A stretch of 64,000 nucleotides of DNA from Ranitomeya imitator (GCF_032444005.1 NC_091283.1:117676001-117740000); one strand, 5' to 3'. Counted from the first letter of the stretch, positions 33,421 through 45,520 are shown. Notes: generated by a model from the letters alone, not told the origin. Numbers and translations are program-made.

Positions 33421-35299
33421 GAATAAATATACAGTACAGGATGTATCACCCACTTTGTAAGAATGGATCCCACACTGGCAAAGACGAGCCATATTTAATA
33501 TAGACAGTTCATCTTGCCATGTAATACCACATTACTAATGCAGCGGGTACCATTGATTAAATGGTCATGGCATCTCTGGGAAAACTTTTATTTTCTTATG
33601 TTGCCTGGAAGCTCCTGAAATGGGCAGCCCGTGATGAAACAAACGCATTACGATGGAAGTATGATCATGTATGATTAATGGTGATGACCAATAAATTAAA
33701 GTTTCATTGTTTATTATCGATTTTTTTTTAGAACATTTATAATAGGCAATAATCGTTATCGTCTCTCAGAAATTAACGAAGCATAATGATTATGTGTTTG
33801 ATAAGCAGTTGGTTATGTGAGCAATGTTAATCAATTTAAATCAAATTAGGCTTTGTAATTACGGAATACGGTAAATATTAACACAGGCTGTCATGTGTGG
33901 AAAATATACCTTACCTTATAATAATAGGCTATAGATAACAACATTCATTGTGTGGAAAGTGAATGCCTGGCAGATTTTTTGACGAAGGTAAAATGGTGAA
34001 AGTACTTTCATTGTTTGGTAATCTACTAATACTGTAATTATTTATGAAGCATGTAACATATAAAGATTACCCGTTCGCTCTCTTAACATTTATACCTTAG
34101 TAAATAACTATCATCTCCATACAATAACAATGCTGGAACATCTTTTCGTAGATGTCACCATTGTGCCTTTCCTCTTGCATTCCTGGAAATTTATGAATAA
34201 TTTCACAACAAATATACAAGTGCTTGTCCTTGTTAATAACCATGAATTCATACCTGATGCCACTTTTATACTCAAAAAATCACATGCCTGAAGAAGCAAC
34301 AATTCTAAATCCAGTTGTGATCTGTATTCTATAGAATATTATTAAGAAGTTTCATAAGACCTTGTATTTTAGGTTTAGCTTTCTTAAATCTTAGTTAATC
34401 GAGGTCAAGTATTTGATTGCACCTGGGCTACACAAACACGCTGTCACATATTGGAAAGTGTTTGGCTTATGTCAGCATTGCTATTTACAGGATTTACACC
34501 TGAGACTTTTTTTTCATAGCAATAGAATTTGAGAGGACCCCAACAAATTTTCTGAAACTCTTTAAGACCATTCAGTTTGTTCAACCAGTTTTATGGTAAA
34601 ATACAGTTCTGGAAAAATTTGGGAGACCACTGCAAAATTTTTAGTTTGTCTGATTTTTCTCTTTATAGGTATATTTTTAAGTAAAATGTAAATTGCTCTT
34701 TTATTCTATAAACTAATGACAACATGTCTTCGAATTTCCAAACACTAAATTTTGCATTTATTTTCATAAAATGAGAAATGCCAAAATAACAAAAAAAAAA
34801 TGCAGTGCTTGGCAACCTCAAATAATGCTTTAATGTTTTAAATTAGGAAGAGTTCAGGATTCAATATTTTGTGGAATAACCATGATTTTTAATCACAGCT
34901 TTCATGCATCTTGGCATGCTTTCTACCAGTCTTTAAGCCCTTTCTGGCATTAGACGTACTATTCCATCCATGTGACCCAGGCCCTAATTCCCATAGACGG
35001 AATAGTATGTCTAACGCGATCAGCCGCGCTCACGGGGGGAGGGAGGCCGATCGCGGCTGGGTATAAGCTGACTATCACTATCACATTAACCCCCGGAACA
35101 CTGCGATCAAACATGATCGCAGTGTTACAGCGGCATAGGGAAGCATCGCGCAGGGAGGGGGCTCCTTGTGTGCTTCCCTGAGACCCACTGAGCAATGCGA
35201 TGTCTCCTCTGTCCTCCTCCCTGCAGGCCCTGGATCCAAGATGGCCGCAGGGCTCCTTCCGGGTCCTGCAGGGAGGTGGCTTGCAAGCGCCTGCTCAGA

Positions 35300-36047
35300 T
35301 GTTATGGCTGGCAATCAGGCAACACAGCGTGCAGTAATCAGCGCACATACAGAGATCTGGCAATAACCCAAAACAATAGGACGAGCTCTGAGACGTGGAA
35401 TCTCTGTAGACTGCAGTACCTGATCTATCCTCACACAACTGGAAGCAGCAGTGGATTGCGCCTATCAACTACCTATGCAACTCGGCACTGCCTGAGGAGC
35501 TGACATGCCTGAAGATAGAAATACAAGCCTGACTTACCTCAGAGAAATACCCCAAAGGAATAGGCAGCCCCCACATATAATGACTGTTAGCAAGATGAAA
35601 AGACAAACGTAGGAATGAAATAGATTCAGCAAAGTGAGGCCCGATATTCTAGACAGAGCGAGGATAGCAAAGAGAACTATGCAGTCTACAAAAAACCCTA
35701 AAACGAAAACCACGCAAAGGGGCAAAAAGACCCACCGTGCCGAACTAACAGCACGGCGGTGCACCCCTTTGCTTCTCAGAGCTTCCAGCAAAAGATAATA
35801 ACAAGCTGGACAGAAAAAACAGAAAACAAACTAGAAGTACTTATCTAGCAGAGCAGCAGGCCCAAGGAAAGATGCAGTAGCTCAGATCCAACACTGGAAC
35901 ATTGACAAGGAGCAAGGAAGACAGACTCAGGTGGAGCTAAATAGCAAGGCAGCCAACGAGCTCACCAAAACACCTGAGGGAGGAAGCCCAGAGACTGCAA
36001 TACCACTTGTGACCACAGAAGTGAACTCAGCCACAGAATTCACAACA
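35300..36047 (-). repeat. 3' LTR of the Gypsy element
   Basis: Direct repeat of 40240-40987. Confidence 0.97.
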
Positions 36048-39000
36048 GTACCTCCCCCTTGAGGAGGGGTCACCGAACCCTCACCAGAACCCCCAGGCCG
36101 ACCAGGATGAGCCACATGAAAGGCACGAACAAGATCTGGGGCATGGACATCAGAGGCAAAAACCCAGGAATTATCTTCCTGAGCATAACCCTTCCATTTG
36201 ACCAGATACTGGAGTTTCCGTCTAGAGACACGAGAATCCAAAATCTTCTCCACAACATACTCCAATTCCCCCTCCACCAAAACAGGGGCAGGAGGCTCCA
36301 CAGATGGAACCATAGGTGCCACGTATCTCCTCAACAACGACCTATGGAATACATTATGTATGGAAAAGGAGTCTGGGAGGGTCAGACGAAAAGACACCGG
36401 ATTGAGAATCTCAGAAATCCTATACGGACCAATAAAACGAGGTTTAAATTTAGGAGAGGAAACCTTCATAGGTATATGACGAGAAGATAACAAAACCAGA
36501 TCCCCAACACGAAGTCGGGGTCCCACACGGCGTCTGCGATTAGCGAAAAGCTGAGCCTTCTCCTGGGACAAGGTCAAATTGTCCACTACCTGAGTCCAGA
36601 TCTGCTGCAACCTGTCCACCACATAATCCACACCAGGACAGTCCGAAGACTCAACCTGTCCTGAAGAGAAACGAGGATGGAACCCAGAATTGCAGAAAAA
36701 TGGAGAGACCAAGGTAGCCGAGCTGGCCCGATTATTAAGGGCGAACTCAGCCAACGGCAAAAATGACACCCAATCATCCTGGTCAGCGGAAACAAAACAT
36801 CTCAGATATGTTTCCAAGGTCTGATTGGTTCGTTCGGTCTGGCCATTAGTCTGAGGATGGAAGGCCGAGGAAAAAGATAGGTCAATGCCCATCCTACCAC
36901 AAAAGGCTCGCCAGAACCTCGAGACAAACTGGGAACCTCTGTCAGAAACAATATTCTCAGGAATGCCATGTAAACGAACCACATGCTGGAAGAACAAAGG
37001 CACCAAATCAGAGGAGGAAGGCAATTTAACCAAGGGCACCAGATGGACCATTTTAGAAAAGCGATCACAGACCACCCAAATGACAGACATCTTTTGAGAA
37101 ACGGGAAGGTCAGAAATGAAATCCATCGAAATATGTGTCCAAGGCCTCTTCGGGACCGGCAAGGGCAAAAGCAACCCACTGGCACGTGAACAGCAGGGCT
37201 TAGCCCTAGCACAAATTCCACAGGACTGCACAAAAGCACGCACATCCCGTGACAGAGATGGCCACCAGAAGGATCTAGCAACCAACTCCCTGGTACCAAA
37301 GATTCCTGGATGACCGGCCAGCACTGAACAATGAAGTTCAGAGATAACTTTACTAGTCCACCTATCAGGGACGAACAGTTTCTCGGCCGGACAACGATCA
37401 GGTTTATTAGCCTGAAATTTCTGCAACACTCTCCGCAAATCAGGGGAGATGGCAGACACAATGACTCCTTCCTTGAGGATACTCGCCGGCTCAGATAACC
37501 CCGGAGAGTCGGGCACAAAACTCCTAGACAGAGCATCCGCCTTCACATTTTTAGAGCCCGGAAGGTATGAAATCACAAAATCAAAACGAGCAAAAAATAA
37601 CGACCAACGGGCCTGTCTAGGATTCAAGCGCTTGGCAGACTCAAGATAAGTAAGGTTCTTATGATCAGTCAAAACCACCACGCGATGCTTAGCACCCTCA
37701 AGCCAATGACGCCACTCCTCGAATGCCCACTTCATGGCCAGCAACTCTCGGTTGCCCACATCATAATTACGCTCAGCAGCAGAAAATTTCCTGGAAAAGA
37801 AAGCACATGGTTTGAACACTGAGCAACCAGAACCTCTCTGTGACAAAACCGCCCCTGCACCAATCTCAGAAGCATCAACCTCGACCTGGAACGGAAGAGA
37901 AACATCAGGTTGACACAACACAGGGGCAGAACAAAAACGACGCTTCAACTCCTGAAAAGCTTCCACGGCAGCAGAAGACCAATTAACCAAATCAGCACCC
38001 TTCTTGGTCAAATCGGTCAATGGTCTGGCAATGCTAGAAAAATTACAGATGAAGCGACGATAAAAATTAGCAAAGCCCAGGAATTTCTGCAAACTTTTTA
38101 GAGATGTCGGCTGAGTCCAATCCTGGATGGCCTGAACCTTAACCGGATCCATCTCGATAGTAGAAGGGGAAAAGATGAACCCCAAAAATGAAACTTTCTG
38201 CACACCGAAGAGACACTTTGATCCCTTCACGAACAAGGAATTAGCACGCAGTACCTGGAAAACCATTCTGACTTGCTTCACATGAGACCCCCAATCATCT
38301 GAGAAGATCAAAATGTCATCCAAGTAAACAATCAAGAATTTATCCAGATACTCACGGAAAATGTCATGCATAAAAGACTGAAAAACAGATGGAGCATTGG
38401 CAAGTCCGAACGGCATCACCAGATACTCAAAATGACCCTCGGGCGTATTAAATGCCGTTTTCCATTCATCTCCCTGCCTGATTCTCACCAGATTATACGC
38501 ACCACGAAGATCAATCTTAGTAAACCAACTAGCCCCCTTAATCCGAGCAAACAAGTCAGAAATCAATGGCAAGGGATACTGAAACTTAACAGTGATCTTA
38601 TTAAGAAGGCGGTAATCAATACACGGTCTTAGCGAACCATCCTTCTTGGCTACAAAAAAGAACCCTGCTCCCAATGGTGACGACGATGGGCGAATATGTC
38701 CCTTCTCCAGGGACTCCTTCACATAACTGCGCATAGCGGTGTGTTCAGGTACGGACAAATTAAATAAACGACCCTTAGGGAATTTACTACCAGGAATCAA
38801 ATCGATAGCACAATCACAATTCCTATGCGGAGGAAGGGCATCAGACTTGGACTCTTCAAATACATCCTGAAAGTCCGACAAGAACTCTGGGATGTCAGAA
38901 GGAATGGATGATGAAATAGACAAAAATGGAACATCACCATGTACTCCCTGACAACCCCAGCTGGTTACCGACATAGAGTTCCAATCCAATACTGGATTAT

Positions 39001-40108
39001 GGGTTTGTAGCCATGGCAACCCCAACACGACCACATCATGCAAATTATGCAGTACCAAAAAGCGAATAACTTCCTGATGTGCAGGAGCCATGCACATGGT
39101 CAGCTGGGCCCAGTACTGAGGCTTATTCTTGGCCAGAGGTGTAGCATCAATTCCTCTCAACGGAATAGGACACCACAAAGGCTCCAAGAAAAATCCACAA
39201 CGTTTAGCATAATCCAAATCCATCAGATTCAGGGCAGCGCCTGAATCCACAAACGCCATGACAGAATATGATGACAAAGAGCACATTAAGGTAATGGACA
39301 AAAGGAATTTGGACTGTGCAGTACCAATAACGGCAGAGCTATCGAACCGCCTAGTGCGTTTAGGACAATTAGAAATAGCATGAGTAGAATCACCACAATA
39401 GAAACACAGTCTGTTCAGACGTCTGTGTTCGTGCCGTTCTACTTTAGTCATAGTCCTGTCGCACTGCATAGGCTCAGGCTTACTCTCAGACAATACCGCC
39501 AGATGGTGCACAGATTTACGCTCGCGCAAGCGACGACCGATCTGAATGGCCAAGGACATAGACTCATTCAAACCAGCAGGCATAGGAAATCCCACCATTA
39601 CATCCTTAAGAGCTTCAGAGAGACCCTTTCTGAACAAAGCCGCTAGTGCAGATTCATTCCACAGAGTGAGTACTGACCATTTTCTAAATTTCTGACAATA
39701 TACTTCTACATCATCCTGACCCTGGCATAAAGCCAGCAGATTTTTCTCAGCTTGATCCACTGAATTAGGCTCATCGTAAAGCAATCCCAGCGCCTGGAAA
39801 AATGCATCAACATTACTCAATGCAGAATCTCCTGGTGCAAGAGAAAACGCCCAGTCCTGTGGGTCGCCGCGCAAAAAAGAAATAATAATCAAAACCTGTT
39901 GAATAGGATTACCAGAAGAATGAGGTTTCAAGGCCAAAAATAGCTTACAATTATTTCTGAAGCTCAGGAACTTAGTTCTGTCACCAAAAAACAAATCAGG
40001 AATCGGAATTCTTGGTTCTAGCATCGATTTCTGATCAATAGTATCTTGAATCTTTTGTACATTTACAACGAGATTATCCATTGAGGAGCACAGAGCCTGA
40101 ATATCCAT
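35927..40108 (-). CDS. Single-ORF Gag-Pol polyprotein (~1393 aa from MDIQAL; open from 40408)
   Basis: Gag with CFYCGDSTHAISNC knuckle; protease FVDSGA; RT YLDDILIFS; RNase H VDASEIG; integrase HHCC region plus MDFISDLP/VSDRGSQF/QTERTNQTLE; GPY motif; chromodomain YVVEKILDSR...QYLVKWKGY..EDNSW. Confidence 0.96.
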   Translation of the reverse strand: MDIQALCSSMDNLVVNVQKIQDTIDQKSMLEPRIPIPDLFFGDRTKFLSFRNNCKLFLALKPHSSGNPIQQVLIIISFLRGDPQDWAFSLAPGDSALSNVDAFFQALGLLYDEPNSVDQAEKNLLALCQGQDDVEVYCQKFRKWSVLTLWNESALAALFRKGLSEALKDVMVGFPMPAGLNESMSLAIQIGRRLRERKSVHHLAVLSESKPEPMQCDRTMTKVERHEHRRLNRLCFYCGDSTHAISNCPKRTRRFDSSAVIGTAQSKFLLSITLMCSLSSYSVMAFVDSGAALNLMDLDYAKRCGFFLEPLWCPIPLRGIDATPLAKNKPQYWAQLTMCMAPAHQEVIRFLVLHNLHDVVVLGLPWLQTHNPVLDWNSMSVTSWGCQGVHGDVPFLSISSSIPSDIPEFLSDFQDVFEESKSDALPPHRNCDCAIDLIPGSKFPKGRLFNLSVPEHTAMRSYVKESLEKGHIRPSSSPLGAGFFFVAKKDGSLRPCIDYRLLNKITVKFQYPLPLISDLFARIKGASWFTKIDLRGAYNLVRIRQGDEWKTAFNTPEGHFEYLVMPFGLANAPSVFQSFMHDIFREYLDKFLIVYLDDILIFSDDWGSHVKQVRMVFQVLRANSLFVKGSKCLFGVQKVSFLGFIFSPSTIEMDPVKVQAIQDWTQPTSLKSLQKFLGFANFYRRFICNFSSIARPLTDLTKKGADLVNWSSAAVEAFQELKRRFCSAPVLCQPDVSLPFQVEVDASEIGAGAVLSQRGSGCSVFKPCAFFSRKFSAAERNYDVGNRELLAMKWAFEEWRHWLEGAKHRVVVLTDHKNLTYLESAKRLNPRQARWSLFFARFDFVISYLPGSKNVKADALSRSFVPDSPGLSEPASILKEGVIVSAISPDLRRVLQKFQANKPDRCPAEKLFVPDRWTSKVISELHCSVLAGHPGIFGTRELVARSFWWPSLSRDVRAFVQSCGICARAKPCCSRASGLLLPLPVPKRPWTHISMDFISDLPVSQKMSVIWVVCDRFSKMVHLVPLVKLPSSSDLVPLFFQHVVRLHGIPENIVSDRGSQFVSRFWRAFCGRMGIDLSFSSAFHPQTNGQTERTNQTLETYLRCFVSADQDDWVSFLPLAEFALNNRASSATLVSPFFCNSGFHPRFSSGQVESSDCPGVDYVVDRLQQIWTQVVDNLTLSQEKAQLFANRRRRVGPRLRVGDLVLLSSRHIPMKVSSPKFKPRFIGPYRISEILNPVSFRLTLPDSFSIHNVFHRSLLRRYVAPMVPSVEPPAPVLVEGELEYVVEKILDSRVSRRKLQYLVKWKGYAQEDNSWVFASDVHAPDLVRAFHVAHPGRPGGSGEGSVTPPQGGGTVVNSVAEFTSVVTSGIAVSGLPPSGVLVSSLAALLFSST

Positions 40109-40239
40109 GTCCACAGCTGTGTCCTGAAGCACTCTAATGTCTAGGGGAAAAAAAAGACTGAAGACAGAGCTAAGAAAAAAAAATGATGTCAGGATTTCTT
40201 TTTTCCCTCTATTGGAAATCATTGAAAGGCTCCTTGTAC

Positions 40240-40987
40240 TGTTATGGCTGGCAATCAGGCAACACAGCGTGCAGTAATCAGCGCACATACAGAGATCTGG
40301 CAATAACCCAAAACAATAGGACGAGCTCTGAGACGTGGAATCTCTGTAGACTGCAGTACCTGATCTATCCTCACACAACTGGAAGCAGCAGTGGATTGCG
40401 CCTATCAACTACCTATGCAACTCGGCACTGCCTGAGGAGCTGACTAGCCTGAAGATAGAAATACAAGCCTGACTTACCTCAGAGAAATACCCCAAAGGAA
40501 TAGGCAGCCCCCACATATAATGACTGTTAGCAAGATGAAAAGACAAACGTAGGAATGAAATAGATTCAGCAAAGTGAGGCCCGATATTCTAGACAGAGCG
40601 AGGATAGCAAAGAGAACTATGCAGTCTACAAAAAACCCTAAAACGAAAACCACGCAAAGGGGCAAAAAGACCCACCGTGCCGAACTAACAGCACGGCGGT
40701 GCACCCCTTTGCTTCTCAGAGCTTCCAGCAAAAGATAATAACAAGCTGGACAGAAAAAACAGAAAACAAACTAGAAGCACTTATCTAGCAGAGCAGCAGG
40801 CCCAAGGAAAGATGCAGTAGCTCAGATCCAACACTGGAACATTGACAAGGAGCAAGGAAGACAGACTCAGGTGGAGCTAAATAGCAAGGCAGCCAACGAG
40901 CTCACCAAAACACCTGAGGGAGGAAGCCCAGAGACTGCAATACCACTTGTGACCACAGAAGTGAACTCAGCCACAGAATTCACAACA
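40240..40987 (-). repeat. 5' LTR of the Gypsy element, with TATA-like TATTTAG at 40883-40877
   Basis: Direct repeat of 35300-36047. The motif GCTATTTAGCTCC is also present in the other Gypsy LTR at 24052-24064. Confidence 0.95.
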
Positions 40988-42008
40988 CTCAGAGCAGGCA
41001 CCAGCAAGCCTACTGCAGTGCCTGTCAGATTGCTGATCTGACACAGTGCATTGCAAAGTGTCAGATCAGCAATCTGACACTCTAGCATGATGTACCACAC
41101 TGGGACAAAGTAAAAAAGTAAAAAAAATATATATTTACATACGTGTAAAAAAAAAATCCTAAATAAATAAAAAAAAATTGTTCCAATAAATACATTTCTT
41201 TATGTAAATAATAAAAAAACAATAAAAGTACACATATTTAGTATTGCTGCGTCTGTAACGACTCGACCTATAAAACTGTCCCACTAGTTAACCCCTTCAG
41301 TGAACACCATAAAAAAAACTTGGCAAAAAACAATGCTTTATCATCATACCGCCGAACAAAAAGTGGAATAACATGCGATCAAAAAGACGGATATAAATAA
41401 ACATTGTACCGCCGAAAACATCATCTTGACCCGCAAAAAATAAGGCACCATACAGCGTCATCAGCAAAAAAATAAAAAGTTATAGCCCTCAGAATAAAGC
41501 GATGCAAAAATAATTATTTTTTCTATAAAATAGTTTTTATTGTGTAAAAGCGCCAAAACATAAAAAAAGATATAAATGAGGTATCGCTGTAAACGTACTG
41601 ACCTGAAGAATAAAACTGCTTTATCAATTTTACCAAACGCGGAATGGTATAGACGCCCCCCAAAGAAATTCACAAATTGTTGGTTTTTCTTCATTTTGCC
41701 TATCAAAAATCAGAATAGAAAGCCATCAAAAAATGTCATGTGCCCGAAAATGATACCAATAAAAATGTCAACTCATCCCGCAAAAAACATGACCTCGCAT
41801 CACTTTGTGGACCAAAATATGGAAAAATTATAGCTCTCAGAATGTGGTAACGCAAAAAATATTTTTTGCAATATAAAGCGTCTTTTAGTGTGTGACAGCT
41901 GCCAAACATAAAAACCCACTATAAATAGTAAATCAAACCCCCCATTATTACCACCTTAGTTAGGGAAAAATAATAAAATAAAAAAGTGTATTTATTTCTA
42001 TTTTCCCA

Positions 42009-42452
42009 TTAGAGTTAGGGTTGTGGCTAAAGTTAGGGTTGGAGCTAAAGTTAGGGTTAGGGTTGGGGCTAAAGTTAGGGTGGGGCTAAAGTTAGGGTTA
42101 TTGTTGGGGCTAAAGTTAAGGTTGGGGTTAAGTTAGGGTTAGGGTTGAGGCTAAAGTTAGGGTTGGGGCTAAAGTTAGGGTTGGGGCTAGAGTTGGGGTT
42201 AGGGTTTGGATTACGTTTACATTTGGGTTAGGGGTGTGTCAGGATTAAAGGTATGGTTAGGATTGGAATTAGGGTTAGGGGTGTGTTGTGGTTGGGATTA
42301 GGTTTAGGGGTGTGTTCTGGTTAGTGGTGTGGTTAGGGTTGGGATTAAGGTAAGGGGTGTGTTGGGGCTAGGGGTGAGTTAGGGTTAGGGGTGTGGTTCA
42401 GGTTGGGATTAGGCTTAGGGGTGTTTTGGGGTTAGGATTGGAGTTAGAATTA
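42009..42452 (+). repeat. Telomere-like G-rich tract in copy 3 (18-bp unit TTAGGGTTGGGGCTAAAG, then degenerate)
   Basis: Repeated GTTAGGGTTGGGGCTAAA and GGGTTAGGG; same position in the element as the tract in copy 2. Confidence 0.9.
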
Positions 42453-43014
42453 GGTGTTTAGGCACACCAGGAGCTCTGCAAACGCAACATGACGTCCAAT
42501 CTCAATCCATACAATTCTGTATTGAAAAAGTAAAACGGTGCTCCTTCCCTTCCGAGCTCTGCCGTGCGCCCAAACAGTGGTTTACCCCCACATATGGGGT
42601 ATCAGCTTACTCAGAATAAATTGTACAATAACTTTTGCAGTCCAATTTCTTCTGTTACCTATGGAAAAATACAAAACTGGGGGCTAAAAAATCAATTTTG
42701 TGGAAAAAAAAGATTTTTTATTTTCACGGCTCTGCGTTATAAACTTTAGTGAAACACTTGGGGGTTCAAGTTCCTTGGGTGGTCTAGTTTTCAAAATGGG
42801 GTCACTTGTGGGCGGTTTCTACTGTTTAGGTACATCAGGCACCCTGCAAACACAACATGATGCCCGCAGACCATTCTATTAAAGTCTGCATTCCAAAACA
42901 CCACCTCCCTTCTGAGCTCTGCTGTGCACCCAAACAGTAGTTTTCACCCACATATGGGGTATCAGCATACTCAGGACAAATTAAATAACTTTTGCGGTCC
43001 AATTTCACCTGTAA

Positions 43015-43175
43015 GGGTATGTGTCCACGTTCAGGATGGCCGGCACTTTGGACGGAGTGGAAAACTCGTTATGCCCAAAGGGCCACCCCCTTCTGTAGAC
43101 GCGGTGATTCCGGATGTGTTCATTGCACACATCCAGGATCATCGCACCCCATACATAGGGCCCTGTGTTTTACCT
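43015..43175. mobile_element. Truncated MITE end, probably Harbinger-type
   Basis: TAA|GGGTATGTGTCCAC start; unrelated to the flanking piggyBac-type and Tc1 sequence; no second end found. Confidence 0.45.
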
Positions 43176-45039
43176 TGTTTGATGGCTTATGACTATCCAA
43201 CTTCCTTTGTTTTACTTTGTTTGATGGCTTATGACTATCCAACTTCCTCTTGATTACATTCCAGAGGTTTTCAATGAAGTTCAGGTCTGGAGATTGGGCT
43301 AGCCATGACAGGGATTTGATGTGGTGGTCCTTCATCCACACATTGACCTAGCTGTGTTGCATGGTGCATTGTCCTGCTGGAAAAAACAGTCCTCAGAGTT
43401 GGGGAACATTGCTGAGCAGAAGGAACCAACTGTTTTTCCAGGATAACCTTGTATGCGGCTTGATTCATACGTCCTTCGCAAAGATTAACCTGTCCAATTC
43501 CAGCCTTGCTGAAGCATCCCCAGATCATCACTGATTTTACCCTAAATTTCACAGTGGGTGCAAGACACTGTGGCTTGTACGCCTGTCCAGGTCTCCGTCT
43601 AACCATTAGATGACCAGGTGTTGGGCAAAGCTGAAAATTAGACTCATCAGAGAAGATTACCTTACTCCAGTCCTCTGTGGTCCAATCCTAATGGTCTTTG
43701 GCAAACTTCAGCCTAGCTCTCCTTTTCTTCTCATTGATGATAGACTTTTTCTACTTTTACATGACTTTAGCCCTACCTCTAGATACCTGTTACAAACTGT
43801 TCTTGCTGTGCACTTCACCCCAGATGCCATTTGCCATTCCTTTTGTAGGTCATTTGATGTCATCCTGCAGTTGCTGAGTGACATTTGAATAAGATGACTG
43901 TCATCCCAGTCAGTGGAGAGTCGCCCCTTGCAGGTCTGTATCTTTGTTGTCCCCAATGTCTGCCACTTGACCTTGTAATGGACTGCCGTCTTAGAAATTT
44001 TAAGGATGGGGGCAACATGATGCTCACAGTATCCCTCTGCTAGTAAAGCCAAAATTTAGCCCTTCTTTTCATCACTCAAGACTTTTCTTTTCAACTCCTT
44101 TGGCATGGTTAAAAGTTATGTTTTCATTCCTGTTACTTTTGGGATATTACTAGCACTTGGTTTGCCATCCAGCTAGTCCTATTGCAAGAAGATTGTGAAC
44201 ACCACAGCAGGGTTTTTTTTATACTTTCCTTTGTTAAATAAGATTTGGCTCAGGTGATCACCTAATCAGAAGCACATTAAGTAGAATGAGGTGCAGTCTG
44301 GTTGGAATTCAACTGATACTGGAATGGAATGGAATAGCTGTCAGACATGTAGAGAAGCTGATTTTTATAAAACTCTGTAGTGGTCTCTTCATTTTTGCCA
44401 GCTCTGTATATTGATTATTAGTTTTCAAACATGTTTTGAAAGCAAAATTTAATGTTCAAAATATGTAAAAATTTCAGTCAGAGGTTTAAAAGGAGAACTA
44501 TTTTATCATAACCATTGGCGTCATAAAATGCCACTATGCTCCCACATTGCATGTAGTAAATTATGCAAATTAATTTTCCTCCAAGAGGAAGAACGTCAGC
44601 TCAGTAGTATCATCTATTAAAGGAAACTCACTTATATACCTTGCAACATAGCTAATGGACTTATAAAGAAGTTACCTACATTCCCAGGAACTTTAGAGAC
44701 ATTTTTTTTTTACTGGAAGGAGACATAATTTGCCTACCTTTTCCTGAGATAACCTTACTCATTCTAAAGGTTCCCCTACATCATCAGGCAGCCTCTACCA
44801 AGAGAAAGACCCCTATATATAATACCATAGAATTTTGCAGAAAACATTGATGAAGTGCTGGGCACAGAAAGAAGTCTTTACTGTGTGGTTTCATTCATGA
44901 AAACTTATTCAAGACCTCCTCAGCTTGAAAGACAGGTCTCTCCCAATACAGAACTTTTAACTGGACTTGCATGATATGATGCAGAACAGTAAGTTGACAC
45001 CTAACTTTTTATATCCGGTGGCTTGTTTTGACTGACAGT

Positions 45040-45520
45040 GAAGTAAATATTATTTGATTCATTGCTGATTTTATAAGTTTGCCCACTGACAAAGACATGA
45101 ACAGTCTATAATTTTAGGGGTAGGTTAATTTTAAAATTGAGAGATGGAATATCAAAAATAAAATCAAGAAAATCACATTGTATAAAATATATAACGTATT
45201 TGCATTTTGCAGTGAGAAATAAGTATGTGATCCCTTTGGTAAATAAGACTTAATACTTGGTGATAAAACCCTTGTTGGCAAGCACAGCCGTCAGATGTTT
45301 TTTGCAGTTAATGATGAGGTTGGCGCACTTGTCAGGAGGAATTTTGAGCCACTCCTCTTTGCAGATCATCTCTAAATCATTAAGATTTTGAGGCTGTCGC
45401 TTGGCAGCTCGAAGCTTCAACTCCCTCCATATGTATTCTATAGGATTAAGGTCTGGAGACTGGCTAGGCCACTCCATGACCTTAATGTGCTTCTTTTTGA
45501 GCCACTCCTTTGTTGCTGTA
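45040..45520 (-). mobile_element. Tc1 3' fragment
   Basis: [20 protein letters not shown]...[11 protein letters not shown] followed by typical Tc1 3' sequence. Limits approximate. Confidence 0.8.

Larger units (their letters stand above)
35300..40987 (-). mobile_element. Full-length chromodomain Gypsy/Ty3 LTR retrotransposon (Tf1/sushi-like)
   Basis: 748-bp LTRs at 35300-36047 and 40240-40987 (TG...CA; ~3 differences seen by eye); TSD CTCAGA; PPT next to 36048; intact gag-pol. Confidence 0.97.
34937..43011. mobile_element. Non-autonomous piggyBac-type element, copy 3 (right end lost; hosts the intact Gypsy)
   Basis: TTAA|GCCCTTTCTGGCATTAGACGTAC resembles the copy 2/4 left end; resumes at 40988; G-rich tract 42009-42452; two ~390-bp repeats, then truncated. 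Confidence 0.85.
34604..44406 (-). mobile_element. Decayed Tc1 element split by nested insertions
   Basis: TA|CAGTTCTGGAAAAATTTGGGAGACCACT matches the rc of AGTGGTCTCTTCATTTTTGCCAGCTCTG|TA. Transposase remnants at 43180-44106 (WLAQSPDLNFIENLW; start MPKELKRK). Confidence 0.8.

Noticed and set aside
34080-34310. Possible host exon
   Set aside because: Short open frames on both strands, with no recognisable protein motif or convincing acceptor/donor pair.
44558-44575. Octamer ATGCAAAT in a TAAT context
   Set aside because: A single 8-mer is expected by chance in 64 kb.
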